Part shown: in pieces, positions 27,405 through 40,633 of the stretch | Layout of the letters: every line of letters begins with the position of its first letter | Position numbering within the stretch: position 1 is the first letter of the stretch | Source: Azolla caroliniana | Taxonomy: Eukaryota > Plantae > Polypodiophyta | Assembly: GCA_043228905.1 (NCBI GenBank) | Contig: JBHGNT010000009.1 | Span: forward strand, 7,688,001-7,752,000 | Length of the DNA stretch: 64,000 nucleotides | Direction: 5' to 3' | Notes under the pieces: generated by a model | Seen by the model: the letters and a program-made list of their open reading frames with translations, nothing else | The model's database searches: none | What the model was told of the DNA's origin: nothing | Made by a program: the position numbers and the translations under genes

Positions 27405-28983
27405 TTGGAACATGGTGTACCAACATGTGAGGACGAATACTTGAGACAAAACTTAGTGTGGAATCCGAATATGCGTTTGCCATCAGGGCACATGTTGGGG
27501 TCCCGAACGCGATTGGATTGGGCCAAGCTCGATGTAGGGCCAGGAGCGTCCGTTGATGCATGGAAATCATTTCATACTCTGAATATAAATGACAGATCAG
27601 AATTCTTGTCTTCCTTGAGAGGGGGGCTGATTATGTGGGACCAAGTGCAGTCAGTTTTGGGGCACTCTGACGTTACGATATGGTCCTTTAACCCTCCCAA
27701 GTGGGAAGGAGCATTTACGAGGCTTCAAGTGCTAGTGGGGGTAAGGGGACATTTGTCTTGCGGACGATGTCAAGACTATGAGGTGGAGGAAGATGGCAGT
27801 ATAAGTAGTGCAACGATACAAACAGAGATCTTGCAATATGCTACATTTTCTAAAATAAGGGTCCTTGCTTATGACGGATCTAAGTGGCTCATTGACCCAC
27901 AAGTTGAGGCGGTCAAGGAGCATTGGAAACTGAGAGTTTTTGAAAAGAAACCTTTGATAAGATTGCAATGGGATCCGGGAGAATTTTGGTGGAAAGATCC
28001 GTTTGATCGTATGGGAAAAAGGTATGGTTTTTTTCAGTATTCAGTTAAGATGGGACGACACATTTTGGCAGCTCAACGTAGGACTACACCACGAGCTAGT
28101 CAATTTTGGAACCACCAAGGGATCACATCGGAATTCCTAACAAAGTTTTGGGGAACATTATGGAAAAGGAAGCAAGATATGAAAATAAATGTCTTCCAAT
28201 GGTTAGTAATACATAGAGCATTGCCAATTGGCCAATGGTTGCAACAATCAGCTGCACCGACCGCATGCATCTATTGTTGTTGTCAGATGGAGACATTGAA
28301 ACATTGCTTGTGGGAATGTCATGCTGCACAGCAAGTTTGGAGGCGAGTGTTCCGAGTTCTTGCCTTTATGTTTAGGGATTGCAGTTTTTCGTGGGGTATG
28401 GTAGTATGGGCCACAGTGGCACAAGTGGTGTGGCCATATGATGCATGCCCAAATGACACGATTATTAGAATTCAAAGAGGAAGGATAATGGCGGTGCAAC
28501 AAAGTCAAATGGAGGCTCCTTACATGTTAAAGACAATGCAAGAGGTATGGGAGCTACTATGCACCACCACAATGTGGTTTATTTGGACTGCTAGGTGTTC
28601 TAAGGTGTTTGGTAATACTACTATTCATCCAGTGGAAAGTACACGGAATGTCTGGATGGAGATGGTACATACCTTGAAAGGACAGTATGAGGATATTAAA
28701 GGTGAGACAGATGTTGCAGTGTTGCAACGTCTCGAATTTATTGTCTATTGGAAGAAGACCCCTTTTCTCACAATACAAAATTCAAGACCTAAATGGTGCT
28801 TAGCGCCACCAGTATGGTTGTTCCCACCACCAATCACATAACTTGGTTAAGGAGTGGTGGAGTGTTGAGGGATGGGACCTAAGGAAGAATGCACCAGATC
28901 AATGGTAGCTTGATGGTAGGTCAATTTTTTGTAATGTTGTTCATAACTAATGAAAGGATATTTTTCCCGGAAAAAAAAAAAAA
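27405..28983 (+). mobile_element. 5'-truncated L1-clade LINE (ORF2 C-terminal 478 aa with zf-RVT, poly(A))
   Basis: HRALPIG..CIYCCCQMETLKHCLWEC and MWFIWTARC; A-tail 28970-28983; related to the fragment at 20758-21480. Confidence 0.85.
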
Positions 28984-28984
28984 G

Positions 28985-30381
28985 AATATATTATGCAAAC
29001 AATGCTCAAATTTGACATACATACATACATATACATGCATGCATGCATATATACCTACATTTAAACATTACATCCATGAATATGTATATACACACATTAC
29101 ACCCATTTATACATGCATAGTGACTAAACATGAATATATTATATTTGTACAAATATGTATTACCATATGTAAATACATACATACACATATGTACATAAAT
29201 ACAATACATACTACATATATAAATACATGCATACATAACTAGATATATATAAATGCATACATTCTACATACATATCAGAATAAGCCATATATATTGACAT
29301 ACATATATATATAATACACACATAAAAATTACATATTACATATATACATGCACATTCTTACAAACATATTTTATATATTACATATTACACACATATATTA
29401 TTATACACACAAATCACAATTATATACAAAACATGTGTTGTGCATGTGTGCATTTCACAATATATACATACCAAACACAAAAAATTTACATATTATATAT
29501 ACACATACACATCACATACACATAAATATAGAAGAATACATATTATATGTAATACAAATCTACATACATACAAACAAGTTACATATATTACACACACACA
29601 CACACATAAATAAATTACATACTACATATCATATAATCCATACATATTATATGATATACAAATTTACATACACATACATACAAACAAGTTACATATATGT
29701 ATGTATTACACACATACGCATAAATAAATTGCATGCTACATATCATATAATCCATACATATTATGTGATATACAAATTTACATACACATACATACATACA
29801 TATGTACATACATATTCCACATATCACCATATATATAGGTTATACGAAACCATACAAAATACAATACTTACATATATATACATATATACATTCATACACA
29901 CACATTGCCATGGATATATGTATAATTACACATACATCGGATATATACATGTATATTATATGCATATTAGAAACATACATCCATATATGAGCTATACACA
30001 TACTAAACATTAAAATACACCGAAAATATAGATACATGAATACATTACATATATACACATACATACATTCATATATTCATTCATACATTGCTACGCGTAT
30101 ATACGTACAATGTCACACATATCAATTTTATAAACACACATACATGCACATACATACATACATTACATGCATGCATACACCTACATACATTCCATACACA
30201 AGTACATATATATCACCGCATACACACACACATAGTCATACACACTACAATAGTACATATATACATACACATACATACATTAGATATATACATACATATT
30301 ACAAGCACACATCCATACATGTTGAATCATGTACATTCACATATGCATATATGCATAAACATATATACATACATTACATAT
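28985..30381. repeat. TACA/CATA low-complexity satellite-like tract, continuing at 34375-34960
   Basis: G-poor on the + strand; internal ~120-bp tandem near 29561-29795; tccacatatcaccatatatatagg recurs near 29816, 34401 and 34730. Confidence 0.8.
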
Positions 30382-33300
30382 TGTTAAGTAATTAGGTAAT
30401 TAACTAGGGTTAATTAGAGACTAATTATATGGTTACGTTAAGCAGCTAAAGATTAGTATGATATGTGCGTGAGAGTGTGTGAGAGGAAGAGAGAGACAGT
30501 AAGTTACACTTATGAACACGAAGATAAATGGGGGATGATTGACTATATTGAAAAGTGTCATCAACATCAAAAATACCCACAATGAGGTATATATACAACC
30601 CATGTGCAAAGGTGCACATGTGTGGGTAGAACATAGGTACTTATGTGTAAGTCCTACATTAAATGTACTAAGGAGTGGAGGATCTAGAATATCCCACTTA
30701 AGTACAAGGTCCTATTTAAAGGCTTAAGGTCAACACATTAACTAGATTCGATCTAGGTAACTACTAAGTTACATGTGTTGACTAACTAGATTAAACTAGT
30801 TGAGCTTGATATCTCAACACGCCCCCTCAAGCTCAAGTGTGAGGCGTCCAACTTCCGGTTTAGCTTCCTTCGACTTCGTCGGCATCGGTGCGGCTTGCGG
30901 CTTTCTTCGCGGCGTTGCGCGGCTTTCTTCGCATCTTCACGTCTTCGCGGCTTCGTTGCGCGGTTCTCCGCGTCTTCGCTACCTCGTTGCGCGGCTCTCC
31001 GCGGCTTTGTTGCACGGCTCTTTGCGGCTTATTCTCCCCCTCAAGCTTGTGACGAAGGCTTGGATCATCGGGCTCTTGTTCGGCCACTACCTTCATCGTG
31101 AGGGCATAGTGATGGGCCATATACTCATTGTAGGCATAACGAGTGACTTGGGTTTTCACTCGTGATGAGTGGCGGAGTTTCTCGTTTCTCGATGTGAGCG
31201 CCTTCTTTACTCCGGGTGTCCTCATGATGGGTACACCGAACTCACTGTCTAATGAGCGAGCCAAATCATCCGAATCACGGTCGTCGGTGTGGACCTCGAC
31301 TTCGTATTCAGGCATCTTACCTTTGCCTTTGTCCGATGTCGGACTTGGCCGCGACGTGTTTTCATCGCGTGGAGGCTCTTGTGGGCCAATTAGCTCGGTA
31401 GAGCTTGGATTGTCCTTCGGTGGAGGACTTGGCCAAGTTTCGTCGTCCGAGTTGGCGTTCAACTCTTCCTCGATCGGGTCGGATGGAGTCGCATCGGACT
31501 TATACCAAGATGCCGATTCGTCGAAAATGACGTCGCGACTTATCCGCACCGCTCGGGTCGAAGGGTTGAAGCACTTGTACGCCTTTTTCGCGGACAAGTA
31601 TCCTATGAGGATACATTCTTCCGACTTCGCGTCGGGCTTCTCTCGACTTTCGTTCGGGATGCGTACATTCGCAATGCTTCCAAACACCTTGAGGTGCGAG
31701 AGGATGGGCTTTCTTCCAACAAAGATCTCGTATGGAGTAAGCTCGTGCACACTATTTGTGGTGCATCGATTCATGAGATAGACGGCCATGGATGCCGCTT
31801 CCGCCTAATAGAAGTTCGGCATGTGCTTCTCATGCATCATGGCGCGTGCTACCTCGAGTATTTGCTGATTCTTTCTCTCAGCTACTCCGTTTTGTTGGGG
31901 AGTGTGTCGGCATGAGAATTCTCTACGAATGCCTTCACCTTGGAGGTAGGAGGTGAACTCGTCGGAGAAGTACTCCTTTCCTCCGTCCGATCGTAGGCAT
32001 CGAATGTGCCGACCGGTTTCTTTCTCCACTTGGCTTTTGAGCCTTTGAAAGTGACGTAGCACTTCGTTCTTCTTCTTCATCGGGTATATCCACACGTAGC
32101 GCGAGTGGTCGTTGATGAAGGTGACGTAGTAGCGGCATCCGCCGAGCGTCGGTGTTTGAGCCGGTCCCCATACATCCGAGTGGATTATGTCAAGGAGGCT
32201 TTTGCTTGCGGAGCTCTCCTTCGGGAATCGGAGTCGATGTTGTTTGCCGAGTTGGCATGCTTCGCACACTCGGTCGACTCGTTTTGATTCGAAAGCCGGA
32301 AGTCCGATTACGACTCCCTTTGATTGCATTCCGTGAAGCCATTGGAGGTTTACGTGGCCGATTCGCTTGTGCCACAACTCGATGTTTGTCTCGGTCTTGA
32401 GACCTTTGGCGTACATGGCCGATTTTACCTCGTTCGAGTCGAGGATGAACAAGCGACCGTCTCTCCGTCCCTTGGCTATGAGTCGACCGTCTTTCTAGAT
32501 GAAGCAACCTTCATTGTTGAAGCGGACTTGCATGCCTTGCTCCACGATTTGGCCGATCGAGACCAAATTCTTTGTTATTGTGGGCACGTGCAAGACATTC
32601 TTGATGCAAGTTTGCTCGCCTTCTTTCCCGAATGGGACATCGCTGATGTGCCGAATGGGATGTGGAGTGTCGTCTCCGGTGTCTATGTAGCCGGGTCGAT
32701 CCGGCGTTCGCAAGTCACGAAACCACTCTTGGTGCAACGTCATGTAGTGCGAGGCGCCGGAGTCTACGAACCACGCGTGTTCGGAGTTGGAGGTGCTTGC
32801 GGAGTTTGCGGGATTAAAGGCCATCATAGAGTTCGCTCTATGCCTCATCACGAAGAGTCCACCGTAGTCCGCGTATTCCGCGTCCGCGGCGTAATTTGTG
32901 AGTTGTCGGCTTGTTGAAGCCGACTTGCTTCGTCTTTTTCCGCACTCCTCTTCGCGATGGCCGATTTTGCCGCAATAGTTGCACGTAGGTGGCGTCGTTC
33001 ACCGACCTTGTTCAGCATGGAAGCTCCCCCTTCTTGTGAAGGTTCCTCGATGGCTTCTGTTTCCTTGCCGAAATTGTGAATTCCCTTCGTGGGATAGGTC
33101 GAATTGACCTCTTCCGCGTCAACCTCGTCTATGGGCACCATCCGTATCGGAGAAGAGCATTTGTCCTTCCGATGTGTTGGTCTTTGGTTGAACGTGGTTT
33201 TCTTTGACCAATAGCATTGATTGGAGGTTGAAGAACGAGGGAGGGGTATCTCTCGCCAAGATTGCCATTCTCAATGGGTTGAATTGTTGTGCGAGGCCGC

Positions 33301-34374
33301 CCAAGCATACTTGCACCATCTCGTCCTCGTCGATCTTGACGTTGATGGAGCCAAGAGAGTCGCAAATGCTCTTGATCTTGGCGGTGTAGTCCGTCACGGA
33401 CATTTCTTTTTGTCATATGTTGTTCAACTCTTGCCGGAGTTGAAGCTTGCGCACGGATGTGTCCAAGGCGAAAATCTTCTGGAGATTTTCCCACGCCTCT
33501 TTGGGCGTCTTGGCGTCACGAATGTGGCTAAGCATGTGGTCGTTTACACATGTTGCCAAGCAATACATTACCCGACTCGTGCCTTGCTCCCACGTTGGGT
33601 AGTTGGCGTGTGTGGTTTCGGGTTTGTTTTCTTGTGCGTCGTTGATGTAGCTCCAATACCCTTGGCCGACAAGGTATTGATTCATCTTGTACTCCCAAGA
33701 TGAATAGTTGCTTCTATCTAGCTTTTCGCTAGGGAGTGAGCTTCCCATTTGTTTGTTCATGTTGATTGTTGTGTCTTCCGTTTTGTTTTTCTTCTCTTGG
33801 TCGCGTACACGTCCTTCGTAGCGGCACTACGGTAGCGGATAGCGAATAGCCGGGATTTGTCGTCGGTGTCTCGAACATACAATCACGAATAAGTGGTGGG
33901 CTTAGTGGATTTCCTAAACCACACGCTCTGATACCATGTTAAGTAATTAGGTAATTAACTAGGGTTAATTAGAGACTAATTATATGGTTACGTTAAGCAG
34001 CGGAAGATTAGTATGATATGCGCGTGAGAGTGTGTGAGAGGAAGAGAGAGACAGTAAGTTACACTTATGAACATGAAGATAAATGGGGGATGATTGACTA
34101 TATTGAAAAGTGTCATCAACATCAAAAATACCCACAATGAGGTATATATACAACCCATGTGCAAAGGTGCACATGTGTGGGTAGAACATAGGTACTTATG
34201 TGTAAGTCCTACATTAAATGTACTAAGGAGTGGAGGATCTAGAATATCCCATTTAAGTACAAGGTCCTATTTAAAGGCTTAAGGTCAACACATTAACTAG
34301 ATTCGATCTAGGTAACTACTAAGTTACATGTGTTGACTAACTAGATTAAACTAGTTGAGCTTGATGTCTCAACA
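30382..34374 (-). mobile_element. Ty1/copia element with both LTRs but no RT/RNase H
   Basis: 438-bp LTRs 30382-30819 and 33937-34374; TSD CATAT; PBS 33925-33936; PPT 30820-30832; gag, protease (FVDSGASHYMT) and integrase fragments only. Confidence 0.95.
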
Positions 34375-34999
34375 CATATGTTACATGTACATACATAGAA
34401 TCCACATATCACCATATATATAGGTCATACAGGGTCATACAAACTACATTCCTTACATATATACATACACATATATATGCATACATATTATGTGCATATT
34501 GCAAACATGCATCTAGATATGACCCATACACATACTAAACACTAAAATACCCCGAAAATATACATACATATATACACATACGTACATTTGTACATGGGCA
34601 TACATATATTCATTCATACATTGCTACACATATATACATACATATGCCTACAATGATACACATATAAATTTTACAAACATACATCCATACACATACACAC
34701 ATATATACATTACATACATACATACATATTCCACATATCACCATATATATAGGTCATATGGGGTCATACAAACTAAAATTCATACATAATATATACATAC
34801 ACATACATACATATTACAAACACACATCTACACACACATGTATGCATACACATATAAACATACATACATGACAATAATGATAACAACATTCATACACATA
34901 AGTGATTTCCCTAAGTCATATTTATACTTATATGAATTTAGGACTATTTACAAATATGGCCATGACAGGCACTCTAGAAACATATTTACAAATATGTCC

Positions 35000-37900
35000 C
35001 TAGATCCAGTTCACACCAAATTCATCTGGATACCTTTCGGTCTGCTCGTCCAATCTTGCTCCTCTGGTTCTCATCTGGATCCCATCCGGAGGGACCAAAT
35101 TCCCAACACTTCTATCTGAGCATTACCTTGCTCGGTTTATGTGTACCCAAACACGCATACGTGAAACCGGTTGTGTCTGGTCACGATCCTAACAAGTGGT
35201 ATCAGAGCGATGGAAGACTCGTTTGGCAGCATGTTCAAGCTTACCGGCTCCAACTACTCAGTGTGGAAGTCAACGATGAGAGACATGCTCTTGTGCAAAG
35301 ACTTGTGGTTGTCGGAGCAATTCGGCAAAAGCAAGCCAGAAAAGATCAATGCATCGACTTGCGAAGTCATGCATTTGAAGGAAGCAACATATATAAGTTG
35401 TTTTACAAACATGAGTCTATACAACAACTTTGATGAAGAGACGAGCGCCGACGTCCTGTGGAAGAAGATTGGCATGGTGTTCGAAAACAAGAACGTTGTG
35501 AACAAAGTCTCAGTTTTCAGAATCGTGAGACTCTGGTATCAAGACAGCTCCAGCATGGCGAAGCACATTAATTTCTTCCAAGGACTAATGAATCAAACCA
35601 CCTCTCTAGAAGTACCTCTTGCTGACAAGGTATTAGCTCTATTCTTGCCGTGATCCCTTCAGGACAGCTGGGAAGATGTGTGTTGTCACATTGGGCAATG
35701 CGAGACCAAAAGGGAAACATCTATCCCTAGAGCAGGTGAAGTCGAGATTACTAAATGAGGAAGCTCGCCAGAACGACCAAGAGTAAAATACCGTCCCTAA
35801 GGCCCTCATCACGGAAAGTGACACGAATCGAGGAAGAGGTTGAAATCGAAGTCCCCAAAATCGAGATAAGTCGAGGACGGGGTCGAAGTCGAGGGGAAGG
35901 CCCATGTGCTTCTATTGTGGGAAGTCGGGGCACTTCCAAAAGAATCGTCAACACTTTCGAAAGGAGAAAGGGGGAGCTAATGGTGTAGAGTCGAAGAAAA
36001 TTCCAAACAAAAAAAAACACCTCAGCAATCGCCATGAGTGAAGAAGAGTTGTTGTTCATCATTGAACAAAATGAAGTTAACCTTGTCGGCAAAGTATCGA
36101 CATGGGTGGTTGATTCGAGTGCATCGTTCCACCTAACCCCCGACCAAAAGCGCTTCTCATCTTACAAGGCCGGAGACCACGGTCTTGTAAAAATGGGGAA
36201 TGAAGGAGCATGTTGATTCATCGGTGTAGGAGATGTGTGTCTGATGACATCCACCATGTGCAAACTGGTGTTGAGGGATGTTCGGCACATTTTGGAAGTT
36301 CGACTGAAGTTGATATCAGCCGGTCGGCTAGATGATGAAGGCTACACTGGTAGCATCCGAAACGGCGTCATGAAGTTCTGCAAGGGGAGCCTGATCATGG
36401 CTCGAGCCCGGAAAACCAGCACATTGTACATAATGAATGCTCAATTATGCCGAAACGAAGTGAACGTGGCAGCCAATGCAACGGGTGAGTTGTGGCACAA
36501 GAGGATATGCCACATGAGCCAGAAGGGAATGTAGATGCTAGCTGAGAAAGACCTCCTATTGGAGATGAAGAAAGTGCATCTGGACAAATGTGTTGATTGC
36601 ATGGCCGGCAAACAAAATAGAACCGCGTTCCGACTGAGTCCTCCAATTTGGAGGAAAACCGCCCTGGAACTCATACACACCGATGTATGCTATGTAGACA
36701 TGACGTCAAATTCCCGTGGACAGTATTTCGTTGCCGTCATTGATGATTACAGTCATAAGCTGTGGGTTTCCATGCTGAAGACAAAGGATCAGGTGCTTTC
36801 CATCTTCAAAGAGTTCCAAGCGAGGGTTGAGAGGGAAACCAACTGATAACTGAAGACAGTCTGAGCGGACAATGGCGGAGAGTACCACGGACCATTCGAA
36901 GAATATTGCCGAGCACAGGGAATTCAGCTCGAGTATACCGTGTTGAAGACGCCTAAGCTTAACGGGTTGGCCGAGAGAATGAACTAGACCATAATGGAGA
37001 GGGTCCGAAGTATGGTTGCACATAAACTGATCACCCTTAGTACCCTTGGACAATGATATTCCACAAAGGGTGTGGAGTGGCAAAGACGTTTCATACCGAC
37101 ACCTAAGGGTGTTCGGATGGCTTGCCTATGTGCAAAGGACCAAAGAGGGAAGTTCGACCCGAAATCTCGACCATGTATATTTCAAGGCTACAGCGATGAT
37201 GAATTCGGCTATCGGCTATGGAACTTAGCCAAGAAGAAAGTGATCCAGAGCTGCGACATTGTCTTCATGGAGGAAAACACAATAGTCAATTGGGAGATTG
37301 AGAATAAGTCTCCAACTACCGAATCGAGCTGAGTCGATGCTCGGCTGAATCGAGTAGAAGTCGATTCAATCAAAATTGAATCAGAGCCAGTCGGCCAATT
37401 TAATACTTGGCAAAATCGAGAACCAATTGAAGACCAAGGGGAACCGGTCGAATGAGGAACCGAATTTGACTTGACCAAAGAAGTGGAAGAAGAACCGATT
37501 GTGCCAAATGGAGGCCGAAGATATCCCCTGAGAGAGAGGAGGGCCCCCCGAAGATTTCCAGATGAAGATGAAGGGGAGCCCGAAAGCCTTGAAGAAGCCA
37601 AGAACGATATCCACAGGCGAAAATGGTTAAGTGCCATGCAAGAGGAGATGGATTCCTTGCATGAGAACCACACATACGAATTGACCAAGTTGTCGAAAGG
37701 GAAGAAGGCACTACGGAATAAGTGGGTATACAAGTTGAAACCGGGAGATGGCCGAAATCTACCTAGGTATAAAGCCCGAATCATCATGAAAAGCTTTCAA
37801 CAGAAAAATGGTGTAGATTTCGACGAGATATTTGCCCTAGTAGTCAAAATGACGTCAATCCGAACAGTGTTGAGCATCGCGGCCAACATGGATTTCGAAG

Positions 37901-39180
37901 TCGAGCAGCTGGACGTCAAGGATGCCCTCCTTCATGGAGATTTGGAGGAAGAGATATACATGCACCAGCCGGAAGGATTCGACGATAAAGGTAAAGAGAA
38001 CCTAGTATGCTGATTAAGGAAGAGCTTATATAGGCTGAAGCAGGCACCTCGGCAATGGTACCAAAAATTCAAATCTTTCATTGTGGATCACGGTTTCAGC
38101 AAGACACAAGCAGATCATTATGTCTTTGTCAAGAAGTACGATGGAGGAGATTTTCTCATCCTCCTGTTGTATGTTTATGGCATGTTGATTGTCGGACAGG
38201 ACCCGAAGAAAATCGGAAGTTTGAAGAAGGCCTTGAGTAGGTCGTTCTCGATGAAAGATATGAGTCAGGGAAAACAAATCTTGGAAATGCGCATTGTTCG
38301 GAACCGAACAAAGAAATTGTTATGGTTGTCACAGCACAAGTACGTGACAAGAGTGCTCTAGAGATTCGGCATGGAAAACGTGAAACCAGTTGGCTCGACA
38401 CTGCCAACAAACTGCAAGTTGAGCAAGAACCAATGTCTGAAATCGAAAACCGAGATGGCAAAAGTCCCTTATGCCTCGGCAATCTGGAGCCTGAGGTATG
38501 CAATGGTTTGCACGAGGCCGAACATTGGATACGCAGTCGGAGTGGTCAGCCAATATATGAGCAATCCCGGAAGAGAGCATTGGGCAGCGGTCAAGTGGAT
38601 ACTATGGTACCTAAGAGGCACCTCAAGCAAGTGTCTCTTATTCGACTTGGGTAACCCCACATTGGAAGGTTACACGGATTCGTACATGTCGGCTGACGCG
38701 GATACGAGCCCATCCACATCCTGGGTATGTGATGACTTATGTAGGGGGAGTCATTTCGTGGCAATCGAGGTTGCAGAAGACAGTGGCATTGTCGACCATG
38801 GAAGCTGAGTATATGGCCGCAGCGGAAGCCGGTAAGGAAATAATTTGGATGAAGGAATTTATCGGAGAGCTGGGAATTCGACAAGAGGAATTCTGACTCC
38901 ATTGCGATAATCAGAGTGTCATCCATCTTGCAAAAAATGTCGCCTACCACTCGAGGACCAAGCACATCTAGAGACGATATCATTGGCTCTGAGAACGAGT
39001 AGAAGAGAAGGAGCTTGCTCTAGTGAAGATTCACATGACCAAAAATGGATCGGACATGCTAACGAAGGTGTTGTCAGCAAAGAAGCTAAACAATTGCCGA
39101 CAGAGAGTCGGATTGGTAAAGTACCCCATGCCGGAGTGAAGGGGAGATTGTTGCAAAAACCAGGTCCCTCCAGATGGGAT
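35000..39180 (+). mobile_element. Ty1/copia element (Tnt1/Tork-like), degraded; both LTRs truncated
   Basis: LTR end TAACA at 35194; PBS 35197-35208; ATG 35210; WVVDSSASFH, HTDVC, QLDVKDALLHGDLEEEIYM; PPT gaaggggagat; 3' LTR starts 39149 and stops after 32 bp. Confidence 0.9.
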
Positions 39181-39395
39181 AATGAAGATTATAATGTTAA
39201 TAACAATCCCTTTACAATTCCAAATTACATTGGGAGTGAAAAACCAAAGAAATCCTCTACAAATTATCCCATTCAAAAACCTAACCCTAAAGCTAACGCT
39301 AACTCTAACACTAACCCCAACCCCAAACTAAAATCCTCTACAAAGAACCTAAAACCTAATCCTTTTCAAAAATCTAACCCTATTGCTAAAACTAA

Positions 39396-39437
39396 CCCTA
39401 ACCCTAACCCTAACCCTAACCCTAACCCTAACCCTAA
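39396..39437 (+). repeat. (CCCTAA)7 telomere-like hexamer tract
   Basis: Seven perfect units, with degenerate units from about 39278. Confidence 0.9.
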
Positions 39438-40633
39438 TTTTCCAGCAAAAAGAAATCCTCGATCATTGAACCACCGGAACCTCCTCCCGCAATACATCTG
39501 CAATATAACAAATAATCAAGTAAGTAGAAGTCCTCATCAAAACCATTATGGCCCACGAGTCTTACTTTATAACCCTAATCGCCCTTTCTTTAATCCTATC
39601 TACAACCCAACTAACCATATAGGGCACACGGTTCCCTCATGCACGGCGGAAGCGACATACCCACCGAGGGCATATGTCCAACATCCTCACATCGAACGAA
39701 ATTCAAACCAATATATTTCAGCCTCACACAAGCCACACTCGCGGCCTATACATCACCACCATACCTCGCCGGAATTTGAATTGGAAGGATACAACAGAGA
39801 GCGAAGATCTTACTTCGATAGCGGCTACACGTGCGGCGATGGTGGACTATTGTCACACCATAACGGCGGCTACATGAGCCGTGGCGGTAATTATCCTACG
39901 GGTCGATACGGGAGGTCCATCCAATGCGAAGGCCGTACATCTTATGGAAGCGGCACACGTGCCAACATAAGACAAGAAGTGTACCCCCATGGCGGCTGTG
40001 CAGGAGATCATGCAAGCCATGGCACGAACAACCTTCCGTCTTTCCCTCTCGGCCCTCCTCCTCCTCCTCCTCTCCTCCCCACCCCATCCCTACAGACAAT
40101 TTCAAACATACCCTCTCACTTCCCATATGTGTTTAACCCTAATCACGCCCCTCCCCCCCCTCCTTACTTCCTACAAATTTGATGCATGCCCCCCCTTTAT
40201 TTTCTATAAACCCCCCTCATACCCCTCCCCCATTTTTTAACCATGCCCCTATGCATTTCCCCCCTAATAACCCCCACAACGTTTCCCTATTTCCAAACTA
40301 TACCCCTCCCCCTTTTCATGCATTTCCTACACAAACCCCCCCCTTCTTTACACATAACTCCCCTTCTACTTCTAGTAGATTTCAATATTCTACCGCACCC
40401 TCAAAATTTCCCCCACACTTATATGAAATCCCTCATAGAAAACAACCTATCCGTACTCACAATAATCGCCCCCTTCCCACAAAACTACAAACTTTCCCAT
40501 GTAATAATGTTAGGACAAAAAACGTGTAGCTAGGCGTGCCAAACGGGATAGTAAACAATTTCGGCACGCCATACATCCCGCGAAACGTCTCTTTTACCTT
40601 CTCGATAGACCTACTTCTACTTTAGATACTTTC

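Noticed and set aside
19132-30395. His/Thr/Tyr/Ile-rich ORFs (19132-19865, 28889-30395)
   Set aside because: Artefacts of TACA/CATA low-complexity DNA.
38983-39180. N-terminus of the 399-aa ORF 38983-40182
   Set aside because: It starts inside the copia RNase H/PPT/LTR in a different frame, so it is a chance fusion across the PLE junction.
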